Positions 1 through 14,400 of a stretch of 64,000 bases of DNA are shown in pieces. This DNA is from Bugula neritina (taxonomy: Eukaryota; Animalia; Bryozoa). The translations under genes were made by a program, and so were the position numbers. Position 1 is the first letter of the stretch; each line of letters opens with the position of its first letter. The notes beneath the pieces are model-generated. The model did not search any database, was not told the DNA's origin, and worked only from the letters and a program-made list of their open reading frames with translations. The stretch spans positions 13,215,675 to 13,279,674 of the forward strand of contig OZ037768.1 in NCBI GenBank assembly GCA_964035545.1, given 5' to 3'.

Positions 1-3000
1 TCTATCAAACAAATCCATGACTGTCAGCTCCTCACTGTATCGGTTGGATAGAATCTCAACCACCTTCTCACTGAGACACTCGGCAAGCATGCTCTGGTTT
101 TTCTGGTAAATCTGAATAAAATAAATAACGACTGTTTAGCAAGTTAGAAATATCTATACTATTGAAACAAAATAATAATACTAAACTATAATAGTGCAGC
201 TTTACTCTGGTCTGCTAGTATTCTTTTAGCTGTTCAGCTGATAAATATTTACTGATCATATCAATCATTTAAAATAAGCAGGAAATTCAGCATCAAATAA
301 AAACATCTAATGATACAAATGAAGCAATTATTTATAAAAATGATAAAATCACTTTTGTTTGCCGATGGTTGAGCGAGAAAAGACTGAAATTCTTCTAGGA
401 AGAAATCTAATGAGTTGAGTACCTGTGATGGATTGAGGCCTCTGAACTCAGCAAGCCTTTGTAGGTAATGAAAAGCTGTAGCCGTAACAAACTGACTACT
501 AGAGAGGTAACTCTCCACCAGAAAGCGAATACATATTGGAAGTAGGTTTTGATCCTCAACACGTCCTAAATAATATAGCAGCTGTTTACAAACAATGAAT
601 TCAACATGTAAACACCTTATTATGTTATAAAACAGCACAATCTCGGAGTGAACTTCAGCAACTTAGTCAAGAAACTTCCGCAAATATCCTTACCTTGTAA
701 AACAATTCAATTCTCTAAACACTAACTCTAAGTTCTACAAGTTGTGGTAATAGATGAATACAATTGACTCGGCCTACATATCTCACCTAAAGATTGAACC
801 GTCATAATGAGAGTCTCCTTCATCTCCTCGTCCTGAGTACTAGCATTAACGGTGAGAACTTTGTCTACAAACTGACCAATCACCTCCATAGAGCTATGCT
901 GGAAAGCTCTGTGTGGTAATGTACTAAACTGAACACGCACATCTCTGTTTGTATCTTCTACTAGCTGTAGAGTTGTCTGTAACATGTTCATAGTCTCCCC
1001 TACAAATACAGTTTCTTTTACTGAATGGCAATTGAGATCTTCATTTAGGAGCAGTAGTGAAGAAATTGAGATAGCCTAAGCTTTTTAATTTCGTTATTAA
1101 ATTTTGGTTTGGGGCGCAAATTGAAATGCCCGTGAGAACATAACTTCTTATGCTACATTTCTAATATAGAACACAGGCTTTTCTCAATTTCTCCATTACT
1201 GCACCTAACTCATAATCTTTAGGCTGTAAAAACTGAAAGATGCAGGCAATTGAATCACAAAATCATACTTACTAATTTTGTCTCATATCTCATGTAATGA
1301 AAAATAGATGTTTTGGTAAAACAGATAGCTATTCTAAATAACAAAAAAGTGAAGTATAACCAGATATAGCAACAGGAGAATTCAGAAGATGAATTCATAA
1401 GACAGAAGGGATGTAAATTCACACTTGGCATACATACCATTGGCATGAGATATCTTGATATGAGAAAACAGTCTGGGAAGAGCAGCAGCCATAAGTAGAC
1501 GGATTTTGTGGCTATCTTTATAGATCAGTTGTATGAAAGGCTCAAACATTCCCGGGTCTACAGATTGCAAAGTCTGTTTTTCTGTGACATCTAACAAAAC
1601 AAATAAGAACATTAGGTGAAAAATATCCCATTCCTGTACCATCAAAAAACTTGTTACTCATAGATTCTAACCTACATGGTATACATGGCACACAGTCAAA
1701 TGTATTCTACAGTAAAACAATAACAGAAATATCTGAAGAAAGGCATCGTTTAGGTGTTGCTCAGCCTTGCATAATAAATTCACCAAACATTTTCCCTCCT
1801 ACATTAAAAGATTTAGTTTCAACGTCCAAATTATGCTAGCAAAGTCCATGACTCTCAACCTCTCTAATATAAACAAATCTCAGGTGGCCATAGTTTTTCA
1901 ACAGCTAGAACGATATTAATTAAAGTCAGTAACCGGCAAATGGGAAATGATTGAAAATAAACGCATCAATTTATAATAATGTGGAAATAAATGCATTTGA
2001 CTACTATTCACAATGTACCTACCGCATTTCTTGCAGATGACGCTATCTATGTCCCAGACAGGTGTTTTACATTTGACATTCTTCCAGTTGAGTTCAGCTC
2101 CTCCAGCAGCAATACAAGAGAGTTGACCCAGTACTTGAGCCAGACTCTCATCAATAATACAACTCTGGAGAGACAGCACTGGATGAAGCAAGTCATAGAT
2201 GAGATGAAATGAGGGCGGTCCCTGGTCCAGCAGCAAATACCGAAGATGCTTAGTTATAGCAGTCAAAGGCACTGGTCGTTTGGAATTCTATCAAGAAAAA
2301 GCCGCACATATATTTGGTAATTAACATCTATCAGTATCGTTATTGAAAAAAGGGAGTAGCTGTAGTCTAGGGGTTAGAGCGTTTGGCTTAGTAAACAAGA
2401 ATTCATGGGTTATACTCCAGTAAAGGCCATTGGTGATATTAGAAAGAGCATCCAATCATAATTGCTCCTGTGCCTCATATGAATGAGTCTTTAGCCTGAT
2501 TTACCAAAACACCCTTTACATCAGGGGTTCTCACAGGGAGAGCAACTATGAACCTGCGTGAGTACCATTATTAAAAGACAGAATGTGTATGTTATAGAGT
2601 TGTCAATTGTGTTTTAAACTCTCTTCAACTATCTTGTACCTTACCAACATATTTGTTAACCATATATTCACAAGTACTTGAACATAAATAACTTTTTCTA
2701 GAAATTCGAGTCCAGAACTTACCGCCACGGTTCGTAAGACATGAAGGCGCCATTTTGGTAAGATTTCTTTGCTAGCTACAATGACAGGAAGTAGACACAC
2801 TCGCAGAATCTCCTCAGACAAGAGAGGTTTCAATTTCAGCGCGAGTGATTTGACTTCTTCAGTCACACAGAAATTAGCTTCTGGATCAGGTTTATAATTC
2901 TCCGTCAGCCATGGAAGAGATGCCATAATTACGAGTTGCACTACCAACTTCCTTTCTTGTATAATATCTGTCATAGACAAGTTTAATCAACTGTTATTAA

Positions 3001-6000
3001 AAAGCATAAAGTATAACTGAAAAAAAATAATTAAAACTGCTTGAGAGTTCTTTCATTGGGTGTTCCATCAGAATCGCGCGTGTTTAAAAAAATTGATTAT
3101 ATAAACAACTAGCTAATAAAAGGCCAAAAAATATATTAAGAAAACTATTGTCTACCCATTGAGCAGTTATCTGAAAGATAATAGTAAATACAAAATATAT
3201 TATAGCATAACTTCAAAGAGACATACAGAGCTTAAAGTTGGGCAACAATAAAAAGCATACATTACATTTCCCAAGTCTGCACAGAAATGGTACCTTTAAA
3301 AGCCAGGAGTGATGCAATACTATGCACAATATCAGAGTACAGACTGCTGAGCAAATCTCTGTCTGCTAGACTCAGTACCTGGCTCCAGGAAACTACCAGA
3401 GTGTTGAGCAGACCTCTAATTCCCCGTACAATCTCCTCCTTGCTAACACAACAAATAACAACAAGCTTATTTTAAAAGAGTTAATGCAGCAATATTTCAA
3501 ATTAAAAAAGCAATGTTCAAATCAAGAGAATAGCATCTATGTACGCAAAGTATATAATTCAGCACAATACACATTTCATTTGTATAATTTATACAATGAG
3601 TACCTAAATTTGAATAAACAGCAAAAGAATCAGTGTTATCAAAAGACTAAAATACATTCAATATTCAATTATTTCAACATCAAGATTTCTAAATACTTAC
3701 TTAATTTTTTTCAAAATTGTGTTGCATAAATTGAATCTTTAAAAAATCTTGTAACAAATCAAACTTTTAAAGTGACTCACCTTTCAGCAGGAAATGATGT
3801 CATCCAGTAAAGATAGCAGTGAGCCACAATCTGGCAGCAAAACCGAAGGTCACTGATTCTACTTGAAGTCACCTGGGCAGCTGTTGTGGCGCTTCTTGCA
3901 ATACTTTCAGTGATTATTAAAACTTTTGCAAAAGTTACTGCTGCCATTGCAGAAGGTAGGCATTTAATGAGATCTCCAAGACAGCAGATCATACTCTACA
4001 AGAAAACTAGACATTGTAAATAGACATCAATGTAGGATTGGGAAGTAACAAATGCAGCATAATGAGCTCTTTAAACACTAGTATAGTTAGTATAAAGTGA
4101 AAATTAGAAAATATTTCATAAAAATAAGAGCATAAGTTCAAAAGCTGCAATCTTCAATATTAATTTGTTATCATATAACTTTGAAAACGATGATTGATTT
4201 AGGAGTTGCAGGCAAAAGTAGGTTTAGAAACGAAACTAAATAGTGATGACTCCCACTTACTAAACTATAATGTGTAGTACAAGTTTAAACTAGCATGTAG
4301 GCCTTCTCTGTGTGCCAGAATTATGGCAACTACTGTTTCATGCTTTGCTTAATACAAATGATGCTGCCACACATAATCTGATATTCTGAGTCAGGAAATT
4401 ACCTCACACGCCTCATTAGTCTGGATTTTAATGATAATCCATTCAGTCAACTGTTTATTCATCGCCAAGGAGACCAAAGACTGTGAGCTCATAGATGAAA
4501 GTAACAAATCAAATAGTGAGGAGACAAGGCTACACTCCGTTAGAGTTCTGAGCGATGACTCAGCCAGAGACTCTAGTAGCATCATGGAGAGCTGCATAGA
4601 ATGAGTTGCGGGTGATTGAGAGAGAGCCCGTAGTAGAGAGGTTACAGCAGTACGCATGTCCTCATCTTCACTATTTATAAGCAAAACACATATCAACATT
4701 TAAATACAAACTAACAATAAAAACTGATATTGGAAACACAGTTACACATTTCTAGGCTATAAAATACTATCAGCATATTGAGTATTTTTTATTCGGCAAA
4801 GCATCTGATAAGGATATTCGTTCATTACAATCTTATTGTAGTGTCAGATTTAAATCTATGAAAATATATAAAAAAAATTATTGCATGAAATGGCCTGCTG
4901 TTGGTGAACAAGCATACGCCTCAACACTGGTAAGTCAAATAATCTGCTGCATAGACATTTTTCAGAACAAACTCAAAATTTACCTTCTTTTAAGCTTAAA
5001 TCACACAAAGTTTCACGAGCTTCACAGTTATAAGAGTTTATATTCAGATGGTACACACCTGTTTAGACTATGTAGTGTCAACACTTCAATACAAGCCATC
5101 AGGTTATAGACAGGGATGTGAGAGACCTTGTCTATCCACGAAGATGTTGTAAACAGCTCAGCCAGAAACAGACTCGTACTCTGCACACAACAAAACTGAA
5201 TCAGTATACATCACAGCTACACTAATGGTACATCACAGCTACACTAATAGCACATCACAGCTACACTAATAGTATATCACAGCTACACTGATAGCACATC
5301 ACAGCTACACTAATAGTACATCACAGCTACACTAATAGTATATCACAGCTACACTAATAGTATATCACAGCTACACTGATAGCACATCACAGCTACACTA
5401 ATAGTACATCACAGCTACACTAATAGTATATCACAGCTACACTAATAGTACATCACAGCTACACTAATAGCACATCACAGCTACACTAATAGTATATCAC
5501 AGCTACACTGATAGCACATCACAGCTACACTAATAGTACATCACAGTTACACTAATAGTATATCACAGCTACACTAATAGTACATCACAGCTACACTAAC
5601 AGTATATCACAGCTACACTAATAGTACATCACAGCTACACTAACAGTATATCACAGCTACACTAATGGTACATCACAGCTACACTAATAGTATATCACAG
5701 CTACACTGATAGTATATCACAGCTACACTAATGGTATATCACAGCTACACTAAGAGTATATTACAGCTACACTAATAGTACATCACAGCTACACTAATAG
5801 TATATCACAGCTACATTAATAGTATATCACAGCTACACTAATAGTATATCACAGCTACACTGATAGTATATCACAGCTACACTGATAGTACATCACAGCT
5901 ACACTAACAGTATATCACAGCTACACTAAGAGTACACAATTTGCTACTAATTTCGGAAAAACTGAATGAAACTTATCTGTTGGCTGACAGCATAATTTCT

Positions 6001-8702
6001 AGAAAACAAATAACAAACCATCTTAACACTGAAGCTGCTGTGTTCCAGATGCCAACATAGAGAGTTGAGGAGGCTTTCAATCTGTTTAGCATCTAGCATA
6101 TTTAGCAGAGAGTTGGCATGGGAACTTAGAACTTTCCTACAAAATGTTTAAATAATGATTATATTTATGTGTAGGAATATAATATCCAGTAAGAATATAT
6201 CAGGATGCTACTCGTAATCCAGTACATCAAAAGCTATCCTAGTATAACAATGTTGAAAGCCATGCTTGGCAAACAGGTGAGCAGTTAGAAAAATATAAAC
6301 TATCATGTCTCATACAATGTTAAATTTATATGATAATATTGAGCTAATGGTGAGGGAAAAAGTTTTAATGAGAAGTGGAGAAAAACTGCTTATACAGGGA
6401 TAAATCGGTTAGTACAATGTCACACAATAATTCAGTACAGTGTCACACATTAACCTTTTCCAATGTCACACATAAACTCTAAACAATGTCACAGAATAAC
6501 TAAATACAGTGTCACACATTAACCCGATACAATGTCACATATTAAATATATACAATGTCACACATAAATTCTATACAATATCACACATTAACTCTGTACA
6601 TTGTATTGGTTTGAAGAAGCTGGAGTTGGCAGAGAAATTCAATATTCAAATCGATTTTAGTCATGCTCTGCTCCTGGAGAGGATCCTTGCTGTCCTGACA
6701 AGGGGAGATAACATGAACATCGCTCACTGCACACGTGAACTGCTTGCCCGTCTCACTACCAGAGCATAAATCTATAACACATGGAAAGAAAATTGTGAGA
6801 GAAGTTACACATATTAAGCTTTGAACTACATACTTTGAGTCGAAAAAATACAGTGCCAGCGTCCACACACTGAGCAATGTGTGCTGATTTGACAACACAG
6901 AGGATAAGGGTTCACTCTGCATTACCAAGCATGTTGGTGCTGTAAGGGTTCAAACCCCCCTGGTGGCATTGTAAATTTTCTTTGTAAGTAAGAGTTTAAT
7001 AATAATTAGTTTCCAGTCACTACATAAATTCTTTCTCAATGAGTCAAAACTCAAGTAAATTTGATACTGCATCTACATTGCAGCAAGAAAAATGTCTTCT
7101 GCATCAGCATGGGTTAAAAATATCATAAATGCTACAACAGTCACATTATGCCGTATGATATCATTAAGTTATTATCAACAGACATCTATACATAGAAAAG
7201 TAATGAATGCAAATATTATACCTGCCAATAGTGAAATAAGCCTTTCTATTAAATTAACAAAAGCCTGCTTTTCCCTTTCCTTGATGACTTCAAGTATAGT
7301 TGTGTGAACAGAAACAGTTTTCTGGTGATGTACCTTGTGTCTCTCTGATGAGTAAATACGCAGCAGCCTCGACTGCAGCCATATGGTGAAGTCTGTAAAT
7401 TATATATATGATTTATATATCTATAGTTTAAAATGCATATTATATCTAAACACTTAAAAAAATTATGTATGGGGTGTTATAAAATATGATCCTGAAAAGC
7501 CGCATTTCTTACTTCGAGATTTCTCATGCTGGAATGAGAAGATGCCGGGTATGGGTGGGGCCTCGCAATGCTCTAAGAGAGATAAGGCTATTTCAAACTC
7601 TCCTTCCGCCTTTTTGCTTGTCAGTTCTAATCATAAGAATAATACAGCATAAAATTATAATCATTACTTTCAATTTGTCATAGTGCTATGAGTAGCTTCT
7701 CATAAGAGAGTTCACACTTTACATTTTTAAAAGTCAAATATGCAACATTGCGGCATATTTATTTAATTTCCAGTTCACTCTGGTTTAGCTGAAAATAACT
7801 TATATTGCTTACTTTTAGTAAGATCTGTCAGCACATGGTTTACAAGAAATGTTAAGCAGCTTCGATGACCAGCCAAAAATATATCAATGTGTTCCCTGCA
7901 ACAGAAAGCAACAAAAATGGTTACAATATTAACAACTGATGGAAACTATAATCATTAGGTGTAAAAAGCTACAGCATGGGGGTCATACCTTTAAACGCAC
8001 TAAGTTACAGGATTGTTCATAAGCAAACTAAATCATAAAATATAAAGCAGTAAGCAACTAATCATGATAGTAGAGTTATCATCAGCACACTTACGTAATA
8101 TAATTTATTGAGTTTAAAAAATAATAGCAATGGAAAAAGCAGCAGCAACAAAACTATTCATTAATTAGTTTGGGGCATATTATTTGACCACATAAGTTTC
8201 AGGGTTACAAAAAACAAGTTTGCTATTAAATAAGTATAGGCCTAACATAAAGTACATTGCCAGTAGGATCACCGCAGAGAGATTAATCATTTACTTATCT
8301 GTCTTAGGAGTGATCACAACATAAGTCAATTAGTCACACTTACAAAATTCATAATAATTTAAAGTAGGTTAAAATCTGCTTTGATTATTTTACCTATACT
8401 CCGAGACCCGAGTTGCAGGCCAATAAGCAATAAAAGTACCCATTGGTCTTAGTAATATTTTCATTTTGAAATTACACTGTTAGTTGCATTTGCTTTTGCA
8501 AAAAATTAATAAATTACAGATAAGATCAAGATCAACTGTGAAAGTAGTCCACCGATGAACAGATACAACATCAATATTATAGAACTTTTATTAAAAAATA
8601 TAAACTTTAACTAACTTTAAGTTTAAGTTTAACTTACCTTGTCTCTTGATCGTATTGTCCCAAGCTTTGTATCGCATCTAGTATATTTTTTAAGAGAGCC
8701 AT
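1..8702 (-). CDS. ATR: Serine/threonine kinase ATR, N-terminal HEAT-repeat part; multi-exon, continues off the left edge
   Basis: GT-AG exons: 8638-8702 (MALLKNILDAIQ..), 7813-7895 (..NHVLTDLTK) and 7222-7392 (FTIWLQSRLLRIYSSERHKVHHQK.., resembles vertebrate ATR FSNWIITRLLRIAATPSCHLLHKK). Further exons at about 6600-6770, 6020-6136, 5060-5180, 4402-4670, 3781-3996, 3293-3441, 2690-2970, 2020-2288, 1438-1590, 773-1000 (LQLVEDTNRDVRVQFS..EEMKETLIMTVQSLG, like LNLMEDPDKDVRVAFS..NELKDTLILTTGDIG), 353-565 and 1-111. Internal boundaries are approximate. Confidence 0.88.
1020..1208. repeat. Dispersed repeat, inverted copy of about 49421-49603; unclassified non-autonomous element
   Basis: agaacacaggcttttctcaatttctccatta here is the reverse complement of taatggagaaattgagaaaagcctgtgttct at about 49436; similarity extends about 180 bp. 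Confidence 0.7.
2353..2563 (+). mobile_element. tRNA-derived SINE, degenerate copy in an ATR intron
   Basis: Colinear with 15294-15504; shares aaaggccattggtgat.ttag.aagagcatcca.tcataattgctcctgtgcc and the ..tgcgtgagt end. Confidence 0.75.
5203..5936. repeat. 22-bp minisatellite (ayatcacagctacactaatagt)n, about 33 units, in an ATR intron
   Basis: Directly visible tandem array. Confidence 0.97.
6412..6600. repeat. Degenerate tandem repeat of about 23 bp (tacaatgtcacacat..)
   Basis: About 8 copies of a caatgtcaca/cagtgtcaca core. Confidence 0.8.
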
Positions 8703-10270
8703 TTTTGTAACTACTATTATTATTATATTTATAAATTAATAATGATTATATAAATTATTACACTTGAATGTTAACTTAGAATTTGAATAGAATTACAGTT
8801 TGAGTTATTGTTAATCAGTTACACTTAGTTACTACTACTGCTAGTGTTGGACATTATAATAATGTTTGAAATGGTATAAAATCGTTCTCAATATTTTTTG
8901 CCAAAATTTGCGACATACTCATACTGATTGCCTGAATAATATTTTACATTTTATCCAAAATGTGTATTCAAGTTGAAAAAAGTTAAGATGACTAACCATA
9001 ATGATAATGAAACAGAAATTACTTTCGGTTTGGCTGTAGCCTGTGCTTTCAATGTAAAAACGGGGTTTTCACAAACTAGCGCGTTGAAATCTAATTACGA
9101 TATTTCAGTAAGTTAGTGTAGCTTTAGTAGCGTTCCCGCCATGTTTTAGCCAATCACATCGTTCAAATCTGCTCAACGGCTGCATTTCAGTATAATTATT
9201 TCACTGAACTGGAAAAGACATTTCCAGTTTGGTGGTATATTCTATTAGGAGACTAGTACTACGTCGGCAGTGAACGAATTATTGTAGTTACATAGTTAAC
9301 ATCGAATTTATTTATATAATGATGCTGCAACTTTCCTAGAACACATAATTGTAGGATGATCTTGTTAATTTTCCATAACCTTTTTCAGAATGAGTTTATC
9401 AATTTGTAAATTATCTATACAACACTTGGTTTTCAAAAGAAAATTAATGGAGACAATTTGCCTAATAGCTCGTCAGCTTTTCTTTCCTACTTTTACAGAT
9501 CTACCTCAGGATGGCTAATTTTTATGCAAAGTATTTAGGGCAACTAGGTAGTCTATTATTCTACCTAAAGTCATGTCCAATGAACAACTTTCATCTAAAG
9601 CAGAGGCATTCATACTGTCAACATCTTGTGATGGGAGCATAGACATAGATTCCTTCATTCAATTAACTGAAACATTAACAGCTCTGGTCAAAATCCATGT
9701 TTTGACTATTTAGTTGTCACAAGGACCTGGGTAACAATGTTCATACATTTTTGCAGGAAAAACTCAACTCTGGCAAAGTTATAAAAAAAATCTACTTGAT
9801 AACGTGATAGATCTAAATTTTCCTTAGCTGAAGTTTTGGCTTTAATTGGTAAAATATGTTTTATTTTATTTCATGAATTCCATTACTGCAAATTATATCT
9901 GCTGAAGATTTTACACTTGACTAGCCATTTACTACAATGTATGCATTTTATGGTTGATGATAGGCTTTATTAGCTTAGCATGTTGCATTATCACTCCTAC
10001 ATAATAATATTATGACCATTAGTTCAGCAACTGCGCCACACACTATCAGTTAGTTGCAAGAGAAGACAACTTGTAGCATAGAATATAGCACTTGCTGCTT
10101 CACATGTATCAATCAGTCAGTGTGGCTAGTGATAATTAGAGTAACTGATCATCCTTACTTTTATCACAATTTGAATTATATAATATGTATATAAATGCAT
10201 ATGACATTCACATAACACAGCTACTCCTGAAAACCTCTATTAGTGCCCATCGCTAGGCACTATTTACATA

Positions 10271-10428
10271 CAGTGCTGGTCTTGTAATCATGTTATAGTG
10301 CTGGTCTTGTAATCATGTTATAGTGCTGGTCTTGTAATCATGTTATAGTGCTGGTCTTGTAATCATGTTATAGTGCTGGTCTTGTAATCATGTTATAGTG
10401 CTGGTCTTGTAATCATGTTATAGTGCTG
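10271..10428. repeat. 25-bp minisatellite (tagtgctggtcttgtaatcatgtta), about 6 copies
   Basis: Near-perfect tandem copies. Confidence 0.95.
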
Positions 10429-11409
10429 CTATGACAGATATAATCATAAGCAATATGTTATATTTCTATGAAATATATTATATTATATTACTAAATTACA
10501 ATATTATGCTGATGGTCTTATAATGTGTGTATGCATGCATTTTCATCTTTGGCAAGTTTGCATTATCGACATCTTTTCACATAATATTTTCAAATACTAA
10601 AATATGGTCGTGAGTGAAAGCTTGTAGTTCATTTAATGATAAAATATAGAGTAAGTATTTAAAGCTTTTTCTGTCCACATACTTCTTTTTCTTACAATAA
10701 CATGTTGCCAACTAGCAGCAAAACATTCAAGTATGGTATAATTCTAAATCATGCATACAACCTTTACATCTTTTGGTTTTGGCAAACATAAACATTCATT
10801 TTGTACCGAGCACTTACATACCAAGTGCTCTTTTTTCTTTGTTTCTCTGAGATCTAAACCAATTAGCAGTATATATAGTACATAGAAATAGTCTGAGTGA
10901 TGTACAAAGCAGAGTTTTTATGAACTTATATATTATACAACACTGCTACAGTAGAAGAAAAGTGTGTGAAGTGTGTATTATACTGTATGTAAAATCATGC
11001 AAATTATGCATTGCTATATTAGAAAATAATGTTTACCAATTTTTTGTGAAACTATGAAAGGTAATCAACAGAGTTTAATTGACAAAACTGCACTTTTTTT
11101 AGAAATGACTTGAACAAACTTTGAGTTTAGGTCAAGGTCCAAAAGTAATGAAAAATACTTCTATATTTATGAGTATGAATATTATATATTACTTTTTTAT
11201 TTAGGAAGTTTAACCCCATTATAATAAAAAACAAGCAAATCATCCAATGTAATGTCAATAATGTAATATATTCACGTATAACTATATGAATCATGTTTTG
11301 TTCTATTTCCATAATGCATTACGACTGATCCCTAAGTTTTAAGTGTACTCGTTATGTTTTATAGCCAATGCTGATGTTATTTATGTTGAATTAGCAAGGT
11401 TTAATAATT

Positions 11410-14400
11410 TCACAGCAGACAGTCAGATATTGTTGATAGTAATGGAAACTTCCCATGTCCGCAAGACATTCCGTTGTGATCGTCAGAGGCCAGAGACCAC
11501 ATCATGCCGCCTCCCAACTTGTTAGACTTGATGTATTGACACTAAAATAGTTTTGCAAAATACATGGCGTTATGCAGTTATGAAGAGTTAATGCAGTGCA
11601 ATAGTGGTATTTTATTATACTGGAAAATACTTTTAGCCTTAGGATACTTGCCTTTTTACGATAGGAGGTGGGATCGTCATAAGACACCCAAATATCATTC
11701 GCCCAGGTATATGGAACACCTGCATTGGTGTCAACTTTGCTGTTGGTAATGTAAGCTGGGTTGGAACAAATATCTCGATACTTCAACTGTATCAAGATGA
11801 AAAATCTTATACAACTTGCAGAAGTTAAAAGCAAAGTTTTGTAAGAATTTTTTAAATGCAGTCATAAAATGCTGAGCGGTTCAAATTGTATAGGCATTTC
11901 GAGTGCTTTTAGACATAGCAGTGAGAAAAGTTGAATGGAAATACAGCGCTCTCTCTGTATCTCACAATTCTCAGTTCTCACAAAATTCTATAGGCCATGA
12001 GAAGGTCTTGGACCGAGTTTTGTGGCTTATGTGTGTATGTATAAGGACAAAATTTCCAAATTATTTTAACGATTCCATGAGTTCCGAGTTCTATTATGTC
12101 ACGAATTGAGGTTTCAGCCGGTAGCTTAATGAGATACAAAGGGAGCACTGTACTATAATACTCTAGTATGGGCAGCAGTCAAAATTTGTTCTATCAAGGT
12201 TAGTGCACATACAAAGTTATACTTGTTTGGATTCCTAATTTCATCTGCTATAAATTCTCCCCAAAACAGGGCTGCATGCTAGAAAGATAGCAGCAAGAAA
12301 AAAAACTTCTCCTAATTCTGATTAGTTATATGTAATGGTTATAATTGAAATAATCTGAATAAACATGACAAAGCTAAGCAGCTCAACTATACTTACAGTA
12401 CCAAGAGCCTCTGCTGGTGTATCTGGTGGTGGTATGATATCGCTAGCTACAATACTCCAGGTTCTCCCATAAGCTGGTAACCCAACCACTATTTGTTTTT
12501 TGGGCATGCCCAAGCGATGCCAATGGTTAACGGCAGATTCCTAAATGTAATGCTATTTGTATAAATAAAAAAAGAACAAAAGAACTGAGGAAAAAAATAC
12601 AAACAGGGTTGCATGCTATAACAATCTGTATAAACTGAAATATATAAAGCAGTAACTTAAAGTAGGTAGTCTGCGGTTGTGAGGATATCCTATCAAAAGT
12701 ATAAAGTAAAACATTTTCGACATTGTCTTTCAAAACTGATACATAATGTTACATGATATGTAATGTAATACATACAACGCAATAGTAGGAATTTTTAAGA
12801 GGTGCGTTATGACTGGTCCCTTTGCCGTGCAGGTCATAGGTCATCAAATTGATAAAATCTAGTGACCTAAAGAGATTCAGCTTGATGTATTATTTATAAT
12901 TAAACAGTATTATAGCTTATTGAAAAATAATTGTTTAATTCTTATTAGTTTAGCTGTCAATACAACAGAGAAATACGTTTAAAGTGAACAACAAACGTAC
13001 ATACAACAGTTTACTTCCAGCTCCATTCTTTATTAGCCTAAATACCTTATTTAAAACTATTTTCTGAAATCACATTAACTACATTGTTTTGTTTTTAAAT
13101 GACAAATCCTATTATATTTGCAAGGTATATAAAAATTAGGTTATTCAAATTTAGGCAATCATTTTAAGTTTTATTTTGTTTTAAAACACAATTTCTTCTT
13201 TTTTGCTGGCTTTTCTTTTCAGTAATTTCTTTATTGTGGCTAAAAAACTTGATTCAAAGCTGTAATAATGAAGTTTTGAACAGCTATACTGTAACTAGGA
13301 ATATGAAGGATTATTTTGGCAAGTAGCTTTATTTTGTAACTCACTCTTTTAGACTTGGCACATCATATGCACTGTTAATGGTTTCTGTATAAGCTGACAC
13401 AGCTGATGTCAGCAACAGCCTCTTCATTCTCCATATATCAGCATCAATATCAAATGCCTCTCTCAAGTCCTGTGATATATTCATACCAGTTTCCCTTATT
13501 GACAAAAAATCTATGTGTATGCATTAGTATTCCTTCAAGCCTAAATATGCTCTGTACTATCTGCATATGACAATAAAAATTATTGTATATATTTGCGGCA
13601 CTACATGAAAATGATATAAATTTATTTGAAGAAGTTATAATTTTAAAAAATAGAGTTTTAATATGAATTTGGTGGCTAATCTACATAATTGTATATATGA
13701 TAACGTTGTTTACTTGCCCTTAACAGTTGAGCAAATAATTGCTTATCTTCAGATGCAGGGTATTCCCAGTCCAAATCTATGCCATCAAAATCATATTTCC
13801 GCAAATATTGAATAATATAATACATGAACTCTTGTTTCTTTTTGTGGGAAGATGCCTGTTAATAACTAACAAAGTATAATATCCTCAGTTTCATTAACTC
13901 TTATGAAAATATTGGGTGAAATGTTTTAAATCCTAGTATGAATTTTTTTGCTAAAAAGTATTTTTTACTAAAAATGAGTCATTTTTAATTTGGTATACTT
14001 ATTGCTATGCATGAAAGTGTTACAGTACTTGCAATAAGTTTCTAGGGAAACATTACAAAACATTTGAAAACCATGTAAGTGATGCTTGCTAGTAGTGCAG
14101 CACACATGGCCCACAGAGTAGATATCATTAACTTTTATGTATGTTAGAGATTCTACCATTTTGGGAAATTTAAGGTCGCCATCTCTCCCGCCATCAACAC
14201 CCAGCAAAATCTTCAGTCTGGGATTTGATTTTCTTAGTTTCATCATGTCAGCGTACGCCTCTGTAGAAAGTATCACAAGGCACAAAGCATTACAGAGGTG
14301 TAATGTATTTTTTAAGCACACCAACATTTGCAAATATTTCACACTGAGATGTAAAGGCTAACAATACTTTTGAAATGATTATATTGGAAGTAGCTTAAGC

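Noticed and set aside
5203-5936. Possible CRISPR-like array
   Set aside because: There are no unique spacers, and it is a plain minisatellite in a eukaryotic intron.
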